A stretch of 64,000 nt of DNA, taken from assembly GCF_009914755.1 (NCBI RefSeq), contig NC_060928.1; one strand, written 5' to 3'. This document shows positions 60,951 through 64,000 of this stretch, piece by piece (within the stretch, counting starts at the first letter, position 1; each line of letters begins with the position of its first letter). The notes under the pieces are model-generated. The model saw nothing but the letters and a program-made list of their open reading frames with translations, made no database searches and had not been told where the DNA came from. A program made the position numbers and the translations under genes. Source of the stretch: the human T2T-CHM13v2.0 reference genome, Homo sapiens.

Positions 60951-61599
60951 TTATCCATTTCTTGATCTCCACCTGTACTACAGACCTTTGTCATTTCCTA
61001 CCTTGAAAATTGAAATAGGCTTCTTTTTTTCTAATTTCCAGGCTAGCCCTTTCTGGGGCATTTTGGACTTTCTCTGTTAATAACACTTCAATACCTATGG
61101 AGATAAAGTCCAAACACCTTGACAGGACATAAAGCTCTCTTGTGAGTGGGTCCTTGTCCATCTTTTCAGTCTCATCTCCTCCCACTTCCTCTAAGATTAT
61201 GACATATTTCCTCTGGGAAACTATTTGTAGTTCACCAAATCACCTCTTTCTCTCAGGCCTCTGTGGCTCTGTACAGACTCTTGCCCATCTGATATGACTT
61301 TGCCCACTTTGTCTCTTGGGAGACACTTATTCATCCTTCAGGTGACATTCTCTTATGCAACCATCTGCCATGGGTTCACTCCCACAGCCTGTTTTTGCAG
61401 ACATTATTAATGGCAGGTAACACATATTTTAGTGGTTTTAGAGACCTGTGTGTTTTATTGTAAAAGTTTGATCTCTTTGAGTATGGAAATCTTATCTTGT
61501 AATTCTTTATAACCCCAATTGCAACAGCAATAGAAAAAGTAAGATCCATGAGTATAAACAAAACAAGCAATGTGCGAGCTTTTATGAAACAATTTTTTA

Positions 61600-64000
61600 T
61601 ATAATTGCAAGGTCTCAAAAGAAGATATGAATAAATAGATAGGCATGACATGTTTTTGCTTAGGTAAATTCTATATCACATAAGTTTTTCCTAAGTTAAT
61701 CTATATATTTGACCTTACCTCCCTGAGATATTATAGATTTCTTTTTTTTGAACTAGACAACACTCAAATGAAAAAAAATAATGAATCAAAAATTTATTGA
61801 AAAAATACTTGCAAAGGAGAGTAATGTATGAGGGAACTGGTCTGGCCGAATATTATCAAATACTATAAAATGTAGAATATAGTATGGAATATGAAAAGAG
61901 ACAAATCAATGCAACAGAAGAGAAAGTCAAGAAATAAACTGGATACATATGAAGATTGACTATATGATCAAGGTGACATCCCAAGTCTGTAGAGACCAAT
62001 AATTGGTGTAGGGTCAGTGGTCCAGTTTGAGAAAGTGATCTTGTGTTACACCACAGTAAATGGTAGTGAACTGAATACTTAAATGTGAGAAATGAAAGCA
62101 TAAAAGAAACACAGTCATGTGTCGCTTAACGACAGGGATATGTTCTGACAAATTCATCCTTAGAATGTACTTACACAAACCTAGATGGTATATTGCCTAC
62201 AACATGCCTAGGCTATATGGTATAGCTTGTTTCACCTAGGCCACAAACTTGTACAGCATGTTGCTGTACTGAATACTGTAGCAATCATAACACAATGATC
62301 AGTATTTATGTATCTAAACATGGAAAAGGTGCAGTAAAAATGCAATATAAAAGATAAACAATGATACATCGGTATAGGGCACTAACCATGAATGGAGCTT
62401 GCAGGACTGGAAGTCACTGTGGGTGAGTCAGTGAGTGAGTGGTGAGTGAATGTGGAGGCCTAGAACATTATTGTACACTAATGTTGACTTCACAAACACT
62501 GTGCACTTAGGCTACACTACATTTATATTGAAAAGCTTTTCTTTCTTCGATAATAAGTTAACCTTAGCTTACTGTAACTTTTTGACTTTATAAACATTTT
62601 GTTTTTTTAAACTTTTAGACTCTTTTATAATAACATTTAGCTTAAAATACAGATTCATTGTACAATTATACAATTAGGATATAAAGAAATTTTGTTTTCT
62701 TTGTATCCTAATTCTATAAACTATTTTCTATTTAAAAATTTTTTTTGTTTTTAATTTTTTTTTCTTAAACAAAGACACAAACACCCACAGTAGCCTCGCC
62801 CTACATAAGATTAGGATCATCAGCATAGCTGCCTTCCACCTCCACATCTTGCTCCACTGGAAGGTCTTCAGGGGCAGTAACACACATGGAGCTGTCATCT
62901 CCTATGATAACAACCCCTTCTTCTAGAATAACTCCTGACAGACCTGTCTGAAGCTATTTTACAGTTAACTTCTTTTTCTATAAGTGATGGGGAATACTCT
63001 AAAATAAGAATAAAAAGTATGGTATAGTAAATACATAAACCAGTTACATAGTAGTTTATTATCAAGTTTTATATACTGTACCTAATTGTATATGCTATTA
63101 TTTCATACAACTGGCAGTGCAGGTTTGTCTACATCAGCATCACCACAAACACATGAGTAATGTGCTGTGCTGTGACATAATGGACAGCTGTGACATCACG
63201 AGGTGATAGGAATTTTTCAGCTCCATTATAACCTTTAAGACTGCTGCCATATATAGTGTCCATCATTGACTGAAATGTCATCACGTGGCGCATGACTGTA
63301 TTTTAATAAGCCGTAAGAGAATCTTTTTATAACCTTGAAGTGAGTAAATGCTTTTTAACTAAGACATGAAAACAATAAGCCATAAGAAAGAAGACTGATG
63401 AATTCAACTACATATGAATCAAGAGTTTCTGCATCATGCAAAGATCAACATAAATAAATTTAAGAAATAAGAAATCAGGGAGAAATATTTGCAACTTGTA
63501 TCATAGACAGGGCTAATTTACCTAATTTATAAAAAGCTTGCATTTCTCAAAAACCTAAAAATAGAACTACTCTATGACCCAGCAATTCCACCATTAGGTA
63601 TGTATCCAAAGGAAAAAAAAATCAGTATACCAAAGGGGTACCCACACTGCATATTTATCACAGCACTATTCACAATAGCAAAGATTTGGAATCAACCTAA
63701 GTGCCCATCAAGGAAAGAATGGATAAAGAAAATGTGATATATATAATCAATAGAATACTACTCAGCCATAAAAAGAGGATTTGCTATTTGCTGCAGCATG
63801 GACAGAACTGGAGGTCATTAGGTTAAGTGAAATAAGTCAGGCACAAAAAGGCAAATACCACGTGTCCTCACTCATATGTACGAGCTAAAACAGTCGCTCT
63901 CATGGACATAGAGAATAGAATAATAGATACCAGAGACTGTGAGGGGTGGGTAGGAAGGAGAGAGGATGAAGAGAGATTGGTTATGGGTACAAACATACAG
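61600..64000 (+). mobile_element. Old L1M ORF2 remnants split by Tigger3, followed by an L1MA 3' segment (~63550-64000, cut by the window end)
   Basis: AGACAAATCAATGCAACAGAAGAGAAAGTCAAGAAATAAAC and AACCTAAAAATAGAACTACTCTATGACCCAGCAATTCC. Confidence 0.7.
62112..63298. mobile_element. Tigger3b-like (Golem) DNA transposon
   Basis: Termini CAGTCATGTGTCGCTTAACGAC and CGTGGCGCATGACTG followed by TA; ~1.19 kb. Confidence 0.85.

Overview
AT-rich primate genomic DNA, almost certainly human (it has a near-consensus AluYa5 and a full-length SVA). I recognise no protein-coding exon, rRNA, tRNA or CRISPR array. The window reads as a large intron or intergenic segment packed with interspersed repeats: about 15 Alus, an SVA, many L1 fragments, solo LTRs (MER52, THE1B, MER34, MLT1), DNA-transposon fossils (MER63, MER44, MER5, MER30, Tigger3), MIR/L2 and a 36-nt U2 snRNA retropseudogene. 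Most ORFs in the supplied track are translations of these repeats. Best-supported observations: a tailless U2 retrocopy, a twin-primed (5'-inverted) young L1, an L1PB with a short 3' transduction, a templated fold-back insertion at 46.0-46.2 kb, a perfect 18-bp hairpin and a strong CTCF motif. The most speculative lead is an RFX X-box next to a minus-strand exon-like block at 26.5-27.0 kb whose phase-0 donor could splice in frame into the SVA's LEPR-219.1-type terminal exon. I cannot show a new biological system from the sequence alone. Repeat subfamilies were assigned by eye from remembered consensus sequences, and the boundaries of old repeats are approximate.
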